Source of the DNA: Girardia tigrina
Taxonomy: Eukaryota
Length of the DNA: 58,835 nucleotides
Reading direction: 5' to 3'
NCBI GenBank assembly: GCA_001938485.1
Contig: MQRK01235089.1
Span: 1 to 58,835 of the forward strand
The stretch's first letter is position 1. Every line of letters starts with the position of its first letter. Below, piece by piece: positions 1 to 11,366 of this stretch. The notes beneath the pieces were generated by a model that had not been told where the DNA came from, did not search any database, and was given only the letters and a program-made list of their open reading frames with translations. The translations under genes and the position numbers were made by a program.

Positions 1-2299
1 TGACCGTTCACATCGCTTCATGGGATAGTTTCACTCTGGCTATTTACATTTGTACATTGAACTGATCCTCCTCGCTATGCTCTCCTTATTTGTTTACAGA
101 TTCGATCCTCCTTAGTCGTTTCTCGACGGCCGGAACTACTTCTCCTTGTCATGCATAGTTCAATCGGTAATAACTGGCGATAGCATAATCGTTGTCCGAC
201 GTGCCGGTTGACGCACTCATCAAAACGCGACCTTGTGTAACCCTAGATTCTGCGGTGAAACGTGTTGGAGGATTATCTTGATTGGTATCCAAGTTCAACA
301 AGCGTTATCTCCATATTCTCAACGTATAGAATCTCAATTATTAGGTGATATAATTTTAGACTCGAGAACTGAAATATATTAAATAAATTAATGATTAATA
401 ATGAGGGTCGGATTCAATTTTAAGAGACGGAATATGTTAAATAATAAAAAAAAATAAATCGAATAAAACAAATTCATTAAACCAAAAATATATTAAACCA
501 AGAAAATTAAAACGGATTGATAAAATAACAGATTAGTTCAGTCATTCGTTCAGCAGTCAAACCAAGTACATAGACAAAGGAAATATATATATTATAATTC
601 GGAATCCCGGAGTATTTGTTGAAACGTGCGGTCGCAGGTTCGATTGATTTAGTCCGGTTATTATTTTATTAGATTCTCTTTTTTCTTCTTCTATGAGTTG
701 AACGCACTTTTCGTTCATCCCGTTAGAGTTTTAGTCTTGTTGCTTATTTTCTTGCGTTTGTCTTTCAATCAGGATAGTTTATTTTTTCTTTTGTATTTTG
801 CTGTTTCGTTTTTATTATTTTGTTTTCTGTCTCTGGTGTGATGAAATATGTCGTATTTATAATGGAATTTTCGCAGTCAGGTTCGTGTTGTTTGTTCGAT
901 TCTATCGGCCATTCACCGTTTTTCCCATAATCTTTTCATAGGCCGTTACTGCCTTGTTTCCAAGTGTGTCAAGACTATACAGGCGCTCTCGATGTCAGCA
1001 GCTTTCTGTGAATCATTGGTGATTCATAGTGATTCATAAAATGAATGGTAGTTTTGGATTTTCGCTTGACTCATCGTAAATCTTAATTAAAACTTTTGTA
1101 TTCTAATTATTTTTTGCCTTTTTTTAAAGGGTCGATAACTTTCGGGAATGGATATATTTTTGAACGGACTCGAGACACATGTGGCTGCCGACAAGACCTT
1201 CATAGGGAGTGTCGGATGACCGGAATGGGCGTCTGGTATGTTCTACAACTGCTTTTAATCGATTGTACTGTATGCGTATATTTCTAGGACACGGAAAGCG
1301 TTGTAAAGAATCAGCGGAACAACATGAAACTCCAAACGATGTCGAAATCGCCCCGACAATTTCTTTTATTCAGAACTCTGGGTGTCGAAATTTCTGCTTA
1401 AATACATGTATCATCTGATCGACGTCTTTTCTTTCATTTGTTGTTTGTTGTTCCTTTAAATTATGAAATGATTAAAGTGTATCGAACTATCCACCGCAAC
1501 ATAAGGTAATAGAAACCGAACTGGATATATTTTCTTGCTTAAACCTCTGAACGTTATCTCGGTCAGTTCTATCACGATCGGGTAATCCCTACGCTTAAGC
1601 ATAAGAATTGATACATAAAACTTTTATGAGATTCATGAACAAAATCACCTCCTAGTTTTGTCTTATTTGAGTAAAATCTAACAAAATGGTCCAAATTATC
1701 AACTCCCGATTATAATTATTCTTGTAGTATATAATTATTTCCTGCAGTGAAGATTGATCATAATGTCTAAGGGTGGCTTGTACATTGATGACTATAATGA
1801 CAGGTAAAGTAGGCTGTGAAGGACTCAAGTGAAAAGCTCATTCTTTAAATTTTTGAATAAATAATTTTTATAAATAATATTTGAAATAAGTAAATATTTA
1901 AAAGCAAATTTTAAATGAAAAAAAATATATATAAATACAAGGATAAAATAAGTTGTAATAATTTTAAAAGTTATTCTAAATAGTTTTGTAAAAAAAATTT
2001 AATTAAGACTTTTATCATTAACGTATCGTAATAATAATAAAATTTGTAAATTACTGTAAAATACTATAAATTATTTTTTGGTATTTAAATTGTATGATAT
2101 TTAAAATAATTGTAGGTAAAAATGTTTTTAAATATTAATAATAAAATTTTTAATATTGAAAAAAAATAAAACGTTAAAATCTTTATTAATTAGAAATGTT
2201 TCACAAAAAAAGAGAAATAACATTAAACTAATTCTAAAATAATAAAAAAATCATTAAAGTTAATTTAGTAAAAATATGACAACAAAATTTTGTTGGTTT

Positions 2300-5131
2300 C
2301 AGGGCGTATTTACACACTGGGGGCCCATGACGGAAAATATTTGTGGGGGCCCTTGCAAACTCAGATTGATCATTTTCAAAAAAAGCACTTCTGTATACTG
2401 CGATGCCCACTCACAATGCTCAGATTACGCAGATGTGAATAACACAGATACAAAGTATATTGTGATAGATTCATAGTACATTCATACAGCACAGTAAAGC
2501 ATGCGGAAATCATGAAATGTTCATTACCAAAGGAACTCTGCGGGATTTGCTAGTGGAAAAATCACGGATAATGTCACTGAAGTCTATGTCTCTCAAAATG
2601 TCACTCTCAATGCTCATGAGTGTTAGGTTAGTGAGCCTGTCTTGAAGCATGGAGGTANNNNNNNNNNNNNNNNNNNNNNNNNNNNNNNNNNNNNNNNNNN
2701 NNNNNNNNNNNNNNNNNNNNNNNNNNNNNNNNNNNNNNNNNNNNNNNNNNNNNNNNNNNNNNNNNNNNNNNNNNACATTTTTTTGAAGAATGAGAGTGTA
2801 CATAAATTGCGCGAAGCTCTCTTCCACTTTCTTTTCACCTTCAAACACCTTGAGAAACTCTTGAAATTGGACCATTTCATCCCCAAGGCATGATTTCAAG
2901 TCATTTTGGTATGCGTTTGCAAGCGTATCTCCTGCTTCTTTGAGCCCTTGATGTTCAATCTGTGCAAAATTCGATAGGAAGCCAAACAGAGATGACACAT
3001 TGTCATAAGTAGAAAGTCTGCGTTTCAAAGCAGACACATAGCTATCAATCACCGGATTGAAGCATTCAACTTGAAATGTCTTCGAAGGCGTAAGTTGAGC
3101 CGCAGGAGCACGGGCATATTCCAATGGTATCAAGCGCACATTTTGGAATGTCTTACGGCCACTCTTATATTCCGTTGTGCCTGCCATTTCTGATGCCCTC
3201 TTTTCATAGTCACCATACTGCTCACGCTTATACTCGACAAACCTTGTTAGCGACTGCATACTCGCGACAGCAGTATTAATGTCAACATTGGGATTTTGCA
3301 GTGCTTTATTCGTTGCTTCTGTCCTTTGCAAAATGTCGTTCCAAAACAGAGCATAGATTGTAATCTCCAAAAGAAGCATGCGTTTATGGAGTCCAGTGGC
3401 TTTGCAACGCACCTCTTCTGGTTCACCCTTATCTTGTGCCATTTTATGTAGTGTATCTCTTATTTGTGAATAGCCGTTTACAAGAGCTTTGGTGGCATCA
3501 GCTCTACAAGACCAGCGTATGGCGATGAGCCTTTTAGGCACATGTTTTACCGCTCTCTGTTTCTTTCAATATGTCAGTAAGAATTTGAAAGCGGTGTGTT
3601 GAGTCAGTGAAAAAAACATATTACTCCTCAAGGAAATCAAAGAATTTCACCGCACTTAAGCAGCTTTTTGCAGCAGCTACTCCAACCAAATTTAGCGAAT
3701 GTGCAGCGCATGGTTGCCATAAAGCTAAGGGATTCAAAGCCNNNNNNNNNNNNNNNNNNNNNNNNNNNNNNNNNNNNNNNNNNNNNNNNNNNNNNNNNNN
3801 NNNNNNNNNNNNNNNNNNNNNNNNNNNNNNNNNNNNNNNNNNNNNNNNNNNNNNNNNNNNNNNNNNNNNNNNNNNNNNNNNNNNNNNNNNNNNNNNNNNN
3901 NNNNNNNNNNNNNNNNNNNNNNNNNNNNNNNNNNNNNNNNNNNNNNNNNNNNNNNNNNNNNNNNNNNNNNNNNNNNNNNNNNNNNNNNNNNNNNNNNNNN
4001 NNNNNNNNNNNNNNNNNNNNNNNNNNNNNNNNNNNNNNNNNNNNNNNNNNNNNNNNNNNNNNNNNNNNNNNNNNNNNNNATAGACAATGAGTAATATTTT
4101 GACTTCTTGATTCGCGAAACGATCTCTGCTAGTACTCGTTCTCCCATGACTTCAACAAGCTCTTCACAAACTATAGGTGACAGATAGTTTGTATGACCGC
4201 TTCCACAACTACGAAACCGATCAATGTGCTGCTTTAAAAAATCATCGTACTCTGCCAGAAGTTCTAGCAAGCCCAGATAGTTCCCATTAGAGGGAGATCC
4301 CACATCTATATTTTCACCGAAAAGAGCAAGACCCCGCTCACAACAGAACCTTATGACACTAAACAACCTTTTCAGGACTTTACGCGAGTACGTCGCCTCT
4401 CGCCCAACCTGTAACGCTAATTCAGTATCAATGCGGCCTTGTTCTTTAGCTCGCCGAGCGAGTGCCACAACAGCCTGCAGATATTCCTGAGACTTTTCAT
4501 GAGCACTCATTCTATAGCCATAGTGCTTCCAATCACAGAAACCTTCATCAGTGAAGCGAGATGAAGTTGCCCCCATAATTTTGCAAACAAAACAATACAA
4601 CTTGCCGTTTGAAGGTGAGAAACACACCCATGACCTTTGTTCTTCCTCACCATTTTGGTTCTGTCGTTCAAACATTCCCACATGACATCTGCGGTCACAA
4701 CCATCGACGTTTTGCACATATGATTTCTGCTGAAGAAGGGTTTCATCGCAATGCTGCACATCCTTTACACCTTTCTTAATCCAGAATTCCCCAGCAGATG
4801 ATGACAGGTTTTTAGGCCATAGACCAATATCCTTCTCTTTTAATGCAGAATCAGTACTATCGGAATACTGCATGACTTCCATCTGTGCAATAGTGTCTTT
4901 ATTACATTGTACCTCCACAGCTTCAATGACATGCTCACTAACATTTTCAGCAACTGTATCAGTAACGTCATGCACCTCACTGATTGCCACACTTTTAGCC
5001 ATGAAGTCAGTTATGCGTCGCGTTTTCGCCATTACAGCAGCCTCCTTCTCATCTTTTTCTTTGGCCCTTTTCCGCTTTCAGCACCACTGAGATATACACG
5101 AGGACATCTATGGCGATCACTATCCATAGAG
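2300..5131 (-). mobile_element. hAT DNA transposon (ZMYM1-like/TTF-finger transposase), one end missing
   Basis: Terminus CAGGGCGTA at 2300 with GGGGCCC subterminal motifs. The transposase on - has a TTF-type finger (RSWVCFSPSNGKLYCFVCK...GFCDWK), GNYLGLLELLA...YLSP, CAAHGC, RW and the hATC tail (TSMLQDRLTNLTLMSIES). No matching opposite TIR found. Confidence 0.9.
2510..5127 (-). pseudogene. hAT transposase, frameshifted and gapped
   Basis: ORFs 3734-5032 and 2510-3541, plus an upstream MDSDRHRCPRVYLSGAE start at 5127 that is frameshifted. Two N-gaps. Confidence 0.85.
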
Positions 5132-5424
5132 TGAGAAGAACGACTTTGAAAAATCCTTTAAAAACCGTTTTAAATATTTATCGACATTTTTGCATTATTT
5201 TAATTAATATAATGTAATTGTTAACTCTCTACAAAATATATTTTCACAAAGTAAGAAAATTTTTAAATAATACATCGATAGAAGAATTAAAAATCTTTTT
5301 CTCAAAAATTCTAAAAAATAATTTTAATTATTCAAATAATAACATTGAAGAATTAATTAACACAAATACATCAGAAATAGACAATCAAATACCTAATTTA
5401 ATTTCAAAAAATAATATTACTGAT

Positions 5425-6863
5425 TGGAGCGGAGAATTGCCAATTTGACCGAACATTTTTGCCAGTTTCAGAAATTTATAAATAAAACATATAATAAATT
5501 AAATAAATTAAAATAATTGAATGGATTAATTAAATAAATTGATTAAATGAATAAATATCTAAATATAAAAAAAATTAAATAAAAGAAAGACATTTAGGTT
5601 TTTTTTTAAATTGTCGAATTTCATAAAATTTCATTTGACAGAATTGTTTGTATTTTTGAGGTATTCGTGATAGTCAATCGATTGTTAAATGAAATCAAAT
5701 TATGTAATCACAATGTGATTAAATTAATTGTGAGCCTCATTAATTTTATTTTAATTATAATGAATGGAAAATTATTCTCTCCATGTAAGTATGTCTTTAT
5801 GTTTGCATGTTTGTTTGAATGTGGTTGCAGTGATTGCGTGTTAAGCGTGTCTTTGTTTGTATGATTGTGGTTGCGTCATTCTTTGTTTAATTTGAATGAG
5901 CCAATGGTGTGTTTCTTTTGTCTTGTCTGTGGTGTGAGGAGTCTATGTATGCGCAATGTATGATTTGTCTGTGTCGAGTTTTATGTGATTGGGTAAATTG
6001 GTTATGTGTGTGAGGAATTTTGTGCTTTGTCATAGGAATTTTGAATTTTAGTCACAATTAAAAAAAAGTTTCAATGTCAATTTCATTTTACTTAATAAAA
6101 TTTTATTTTCTAAAAAAGAAAATAATAATGAAAATGTTGGAATTCGGACCTGTAAGAGTAAAACCAGAGGAAACAATAGATGACCAAATCACCTGGGATT
6201 GTCAGTATAAGTCTTGTAAAGCAAAAAATGGTCCAAATAATTCTTATCGCAAAATTTGCGGACTTGAGAAATTGAATAGTGGAAAATACATCACACACGT
6301 TTATTGTTTTGAGAATAGCCGTCTTGAAAGTGTGTGGGTTTGCGGTGAGTGCACTGTGAGAAATAAAGTCGAAAACAATAAATCTGGTAAATTGAAATGT
6401 AGCACGTCTGAAATGTTTGCTGAGATTAAAATTTCTGTTCCTGAGATACAAAACAACCATCCTATAATCAATGATTTGAGTATCGATATGTCAAATAAGT
6501 GGGAGTATTCCCGTTGTCAATTCATGAATGAGCAGCAATTATTCACCTGTAAAGTGTGTTATGAAGTTAAAAGCCAATATAAAGATGAACAACTGAAAGT
6601 CATTTGTTCAGCCAATTTAAAATTGGTGCTTGAATCCATCATAACACCGATAAAGAGTGCGCTATCACTCGAAGTTTTCCCGGTAGATAAAGATGCGTGT
6701 CATCATTTTCTCGGTTGGGATATCGCCACATTTAAATTGCGTAAACGAGATGGGATTCCGCTGAATATTTTGTTCAATGAAATCAAAAGCACCTTTCAAC
6801 CGACATGCACAATGAGAAACATTTCTTCTCCCAAAATATCGTGGAGACACGGCTTCCTGTCCA
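5425..6863 (+). mobile_element. Unclassified 1439-bp TG...CA insertion with 5-bp TSD (CTGAT), carrying an NZF zinc-finger ORF
   Basis: CTGAT at 5420-5424 and 6864-6868. Ends TGGAGCGGA / TCCTGTCCA form an imperfect 9-bp IR. Removing the element and one TSD restores aatattactgatgaatct, which matches aatattgctgaagaatct in the intact RING gene. Confidence 0.8.
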
Positions 6864-6901
6864 CTGATGAATCTTGTTTTTGGATTACAAAACAAAATTA
6901 A
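6074..6901 (+). CDS. ORF with three degenerate RanBP2/NZF-type zinc fingers (element cargo; more likely start near 6128)
   Basis: W-x-C-x2/4-C-x3-N-x6-C-x2-C-like repeats: WDCQYKSCKAKNGPNNSYRKIC, WVCGECTVRN...CSTS, WEYSRCQFMNEQQLFTCKVC. Each has one Cys substituted. The ORF reads through the element end. Confidence 0.65.
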   Translation: MSISFYLIKFYFLKKKIIMKMLEFGPVRVKPEETIDDQITWDCQYKSCKAKNGPNNSYRKICGLEKLNSGKYITHVYCFENSRLESVWVCGECTVRNKVENNKSGKLKCSTSEMFAEIKISVPEIQNNHPIINDLSIDMSNKWEYSRCQFMNEQQLFTCKVCYEVKSQYKDEQLKVICSANLKLVLESIITPIKSALSLEVFPVDKDACHHFLGWDIATFKLRKRDGIPLNILFNEIKSTFQPTCTMRNISSPKISWRHGFLSTDESCFWITKQN

Positions 6902-7289
6902 AATATATACGTTTAATTTATTCTGCATAGGAAAACATCGACTTCAAATATATATTTATTCAAGAGATGTTCCCGAAATATAAAAACGTCTATAATTTGG
7001 ATATAAACACTTTTTTTATCAAAAAATATATTTCTGGAAGTTCTTTACTAATGGAATTTTACATTTGCAATTCGAATAAAAATATATTTGATTTAATAAA
7101 ATTTAGTAGATCTTTATATATTATCAAAATATAATCAGTCGGACGAAGCCAATAAATTCCAAAATGATCTTGAACAATGTGTGATTTATCGTGAAGATGT
7201 TAAGAATAAAAATATTTAATGGATTTGAAAACTATCATCACAAAATTTGTAATGAATGTAAATGGTTAATGAAAAAGAGATGACTGAAA

Positions 7290-8001
7290 CAGTGGCGTCG
7301 ATCTGTTTTCATNNNNNNNGGGGGGGGGCAAGGGCGAGATATGCAGATCGCATTTTTAGTTTGTTCGATTTCGCCTATTGATATCCTCGTGCTTACAAAA
7401 TCATACGGTATGATTTTACCTACTGGGGCCCAGTAACTGGGCCATAGTCACATACCACAATGTAAAAAAAAACAAAATCCAAATACTAACAATTTATTCT
7501 TTGTCCACAAATTTTTTAAGAAATTATAGCAAACGTCTTGCCACGAAGATCATTTTTCTGAATCAATTCATTAATCAACTCCTTCAATTGTAGGTTGTCC
7601 ACCTCATCGGGATATGTTGCAAGGATGAGAAGGTGATTCTTTCTCTCTTGAATCATGGTGCTTCTCATGCGAGTTTTAAGTTGGCTGAAAGAACGCTCGC
7701 CGGTTGCAGTTGAGCCTGGCAGACCAAATACAATTTTATGAGACGGACCACCTGCAGAATCATATGCGTCACTTAGCTGCTACCAATTTGCTTAATGATC
7801 TGCATGGGGATGGTAGTGATGTTTTCCTTTCCAGCAGGTTTTGATGATCCTCGCATAAAAATTATGAGTTCGTGAATGAATTGAAGGAAGTTACGCATAA
7901 GGGTAATGCAAATTATTGAGGGGGCGAAAAGATGCTCTTGCTCCATAAAATTAATATTGGGGGTCGGTAGCCCCTTCGCCCCCCCAAGATTGACGCCACT
8001 G
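7290..8001 (-). mobile_element. Non-autonomous hAT element
   Basis: 15-bp TIR CAGTGGCGTC(G/A)ATCT. Degenerate 8-bp TSD GACTGAAA/AACTGAGA. Internal hATC fragment on - (PGSTATGERSFSQLKTRMRSTMIQER). Confidence 0.9.
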
Positions 8002-8829
8002 AACTGAGACTTATGTTTGCGTGAACTCTTTTTATCAAAATAAAAAATAAATAAAAATATAAAACTGAACTTTAAAACTTTTAATGAATGTTAATTCAAA
8101 AACGGACGGAAAATGTATAAACAGATTACAACACGATTCAAAAGGAAATTAGTCTGTAAGAGAACTGATAACTAGTAAAATTACTTAGTCAATTAATGAT
8201 AGTTTCTTTATGACAAAATTTCTGTTGACAGCTTGATGAAGGACTTCTCCTTCCGCTTCGTATCGAAAATTTCTCGGAGTGGAAAGTTGAATTTGAATTA
8301 TAAAACGTGCAGCAAAAATAAAATAGATGTAGTGCGTATACTAATTGGCCGAATTCGAATTAAAATCTCATTGCCAAATAAGGTATAAAATAAAACCAGA
8401 AATAATATTTGTTATCGATTTTTAATTATCGATGTTGATATTAAAGTTCAGTTTTGAATTTTAATTTGTATTGCCTAGCGGCGAAATAATAAACAAATAA
8501 TTAAATATAATAATAACTAGACGTAAAAGTAATATAAATAATATTATATAATGCAAATATAAATAATAATAATATAAATAATGTTAACGATAAGCCTAAC
8601 ATAATAATAAATGATATCTTATTTAGGTAAAGATGATAATGTATTTACCATATATTAATATGAAATGAGCTAATATAAATAAGACGTTAAGCGTATAATA
8701 TAAATAATGTTAAATAATCTAAATAATATAAAAAACAATACAAATGATAATAATAAGTAATTAATAATTATTAATAAGAAATTTAAAGAATAATGGCAAA
8801 ATTTTATAATTAAGAACACCATTAAAATC

Positions 8830-8895
8830 AAATTTTATTGCAATATATTTCGGTGGATTTTCCACCATCTTCAGGCTGAATTAACAACAATTTCG
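8830..8895 (-). ncRNA. Minimal hammerhead ribozyme (PLE type), copy 1
   Basis: Minus strand reads GC-CUGAAGA-U-GGUGGA aaa UCCACC-GAAA-UAUAUU-GC-AAUAAA. This gives the core, stem II and a palindromic minimal stem III. Confidence 0.8.
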
Positions 8896-9603
8896 CTGTC
8901 TTATATATAGTAAATTGATGATTATGCACACATCTTGCATAATAACTAATTAAATATTTTCAACAAATTGGAAGTATGAGGGGTTAATTTTAATTTTTTA
9001 TCTCGCCTGAATAGTTTATTATTTTTTAATTTAAAGGGTAAAATATTTTTATATTAATTTGCTTGTTAAATATTTTTAAAAATTAANNNNNNNNNNNNNN
9101 NNNNNNNNNNNNNNNNNNNNNNNNNNNNNNNNNNNNAATTAAATTAAATTAACAGGAAAATTTGTTTTAGAAATGTGAATTGTTATATTAATAAAATTTT
9201 GGTGTTTAAAAAAAATGAATTCGGATATAGACGTTGCAACCACTTCTCACAGGAAGAGAGACTTGTTTGTACATTAATGGACGGATTATGTGATTTAATC
9301 AATCACAAGTAACTCTTTCCAAATATTTTTTAAAATTACTGCAAAATATTTTAAAATTAGTTGTTTTCACATCCGATTTACAACCCTTAATATGTCCAGC
9401 AATATTACTCCCATTACCCAATCGTCCATGCTCCTGAATCCGTTTACAGAGATGACGAGACGTCTCTCCAATATATGTAGCGTTGCCCCATTACACAAAA
9501 ATTGATAAACCAGATTGGAACATAAACTCAAAGGTGTACGAGATTTATTACTGAATATACTTTGAATTTTGTAAGATTAGAAATGATTTTTAAATTCAAA
9601 TTT

Positions 9604-10125
9604 TTACTTTGGACCAAATTTTAGTAAATCCAATTCATTTTTAGATAAAACAATTTTACTTAAATTTAAAACAGTATTTTCTACATTAAAATTACAAATT
9701 CCAAATAATTTTCTTAAATTGTTAAGTTTTTTATTTTGTGCAGTAATTTTATCATTAATTAATTTGTCGGAAATACTATCAGAAAATTCATTACATAATT
9801 GAAAGCAATAATCATCACTTACATTTCTAAGAGTAGCTTCAACTATTGTAAATTCATTCATCAGTTGACTTCTGTGTTTCTTTTCTAACTCGATCATTCT
9901 TCTCAGAATTTTTCTGTTAATTCTTCTAATATCCTCCATCAATAAGCAATCATGTAATTTTGATTTAAAAATGAAAGAAGGTATCATTTTTTCTTCATTG
10001 CACGCTTCAAGAAAATATAAATCCGCGTCTTTTCTTTTAAGAGAATTCATGATTTTCATATATCTCTTGAAAGGCTGCATTACATTACGATAATTCTTAA
10101 TAAGAAATTTAAAAAATAATGACAA
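9604..10125 (-). pseudogene. N-terminal part of Penelope-like ORF
   Basis: FLEACNEEKMIPSFI and NLSKIVLSKNELDLLKFG motifs. Truncated before RT. Confidence 0.8.
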
Positions 10126-10504
10126 AATTTTATAATTAAATAATTAAAAAAAATTAAAAAATTAATTAAAAAAAATTAAAAAAATTTATAATTAAACGTA
10201 ATTAAACGCAAAATTTTATAATTTTAAAAGTAAAACGGATTCAGTAGCATGGACGATTGGGTAATGGGAGTAATATTACTGGACATATTAAGGGTTGTAA
10301 ATCGGAGGTGAAAGGAAATAATTTTAAAATATTGTGCAGTAATTTTAAAAAATTGGGAAAGAGTTACTTGTGAGCATTATTGATTAAATCACTTAATCCG
10401 TCCATTAATGTACAAACAAGTCTCTCTTCCAATTTGTTGAAAATATTTAATTAGTTATTATGCAAGATGTTTGCATAATCATCAATTTGCTATATATAAG
10501 ACAG

Positions 10505-10570
10505 CGAAATTGTTGTTAATTCAGCCTGAAGATGGTGGAAAATCCACCGAAATATATTGCAATAAAATTT
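10505..10570 (+). ncRNA. Minimal hammerhead ribozyme (PLE type), copy 2
   Basis: CTGAAGA at 10526-10532, stem II GGTGGA/TCCACC, GAAA at 10549-10552, palindrome AATATATT at 10551-10558. Predicted cleavage after 10558. Confidence 0.8.
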
Positions 10571-11366
10571 GATTTTAATGGTGTTCTTAATTAATAATTA
10601 GTTACTAAAATAATATAAATAATAATAATAATTAAATAGTATAAATAAATAATTACATTACATTAAATTGTGTCATTACAGTTAACAAACTTTTTATCAT
10701 TTAATTGTCCACTTAAAAACCGTGAATGAAAGAAAAAAAACTTAAAATTAACTGATTTATCATACTTTTTCATTAACAAACTTTCAATATGTATTGAAGG
10801 ATATGATGGAAGACAATGTTCAAATAATTGAGTTTATAAATACTCGTTTTCTATTTATTATTAAAATTATTATTTTATTATTTAAATTATTTATTATTTA
10901 AATTATTAAAGATTAAAAATTATCAAAGTAAATCGAAAAGTCCTCATTTAAACTTTTTTTTACTGAGGACCATTTTTTAAGATTTAGATCTAATGTAATT
11001 AGATATCACAAAATTATCATTGCTGCTATCACAAGTTGTATGGATTTACCACAATCAAGTCAAGACAAATTAAAGGGGCTTCGAGGTATATCGCGTTTGT
11101 TTAAAATCGTCTGCTAATATATATTTTTATGAGAGTTTTATGAAAGAAATAATATTAACTGAGATTTCTTTTTTAAAAATTAACTTTGATAATATCGAGG
11201 AAAAATTCAAATTCTTCGAAGACCTAAAATCAAATCAATCATCAAATTATAAAGAATCGGAAATAGAAATTATTAGAAATTATTAGAATCGGAAATTACG
11301 GTTAATTGAATTCGGAGACATTGAAAGATTCGAATTTTCAAAACAGTCAACTATTTTAAAGATGTA

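Larger units (their letters stand above)
8772..10592 (-). mobile_element. Penelope-like retroelement, internally deleted (no RT), with inverted pseudo-LTR
   Basis: The N-terminal ORF 9604-10125 ends in the PLE-typical VLNLSKIVLSKNELDLLKFGPK. A GIY-YIG remnant lies at ~9420-9540 (NLVYQFLC...ATYIGETSRHLCKRIQEH). 10211-10592 is an inverted copy of 8809-9447 with an internal deletion. Confidence 0.9.
5131..11260 (+). pseudogene. Fragmented paralogue of the double-RING gene at 51872-53482
   Basis: Colinear nucleotide similarity by eye: 5131-5424 ~ 52105-52438; 6864-7289 ~ 52434-52900 (includes decayed RING2, e.g. gaaaactatcatcacaaaatttgtaatgaatgtaaa); 10780-11260 ~ 52960-53370 (atgatggaagacaat; caagtcaagacaaa; tttgataatatcgaggaaaaa). 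Contains stops and frameshifts and is interrupted by TEs. Confidence 0.85.

Noticed and set aside
1748-1803. Possible isolated exon (cag|TGAAG...GACAG|gtaaag)
   Set aside because: It has splice-like signals only, with no partner exons or recognisable protein.
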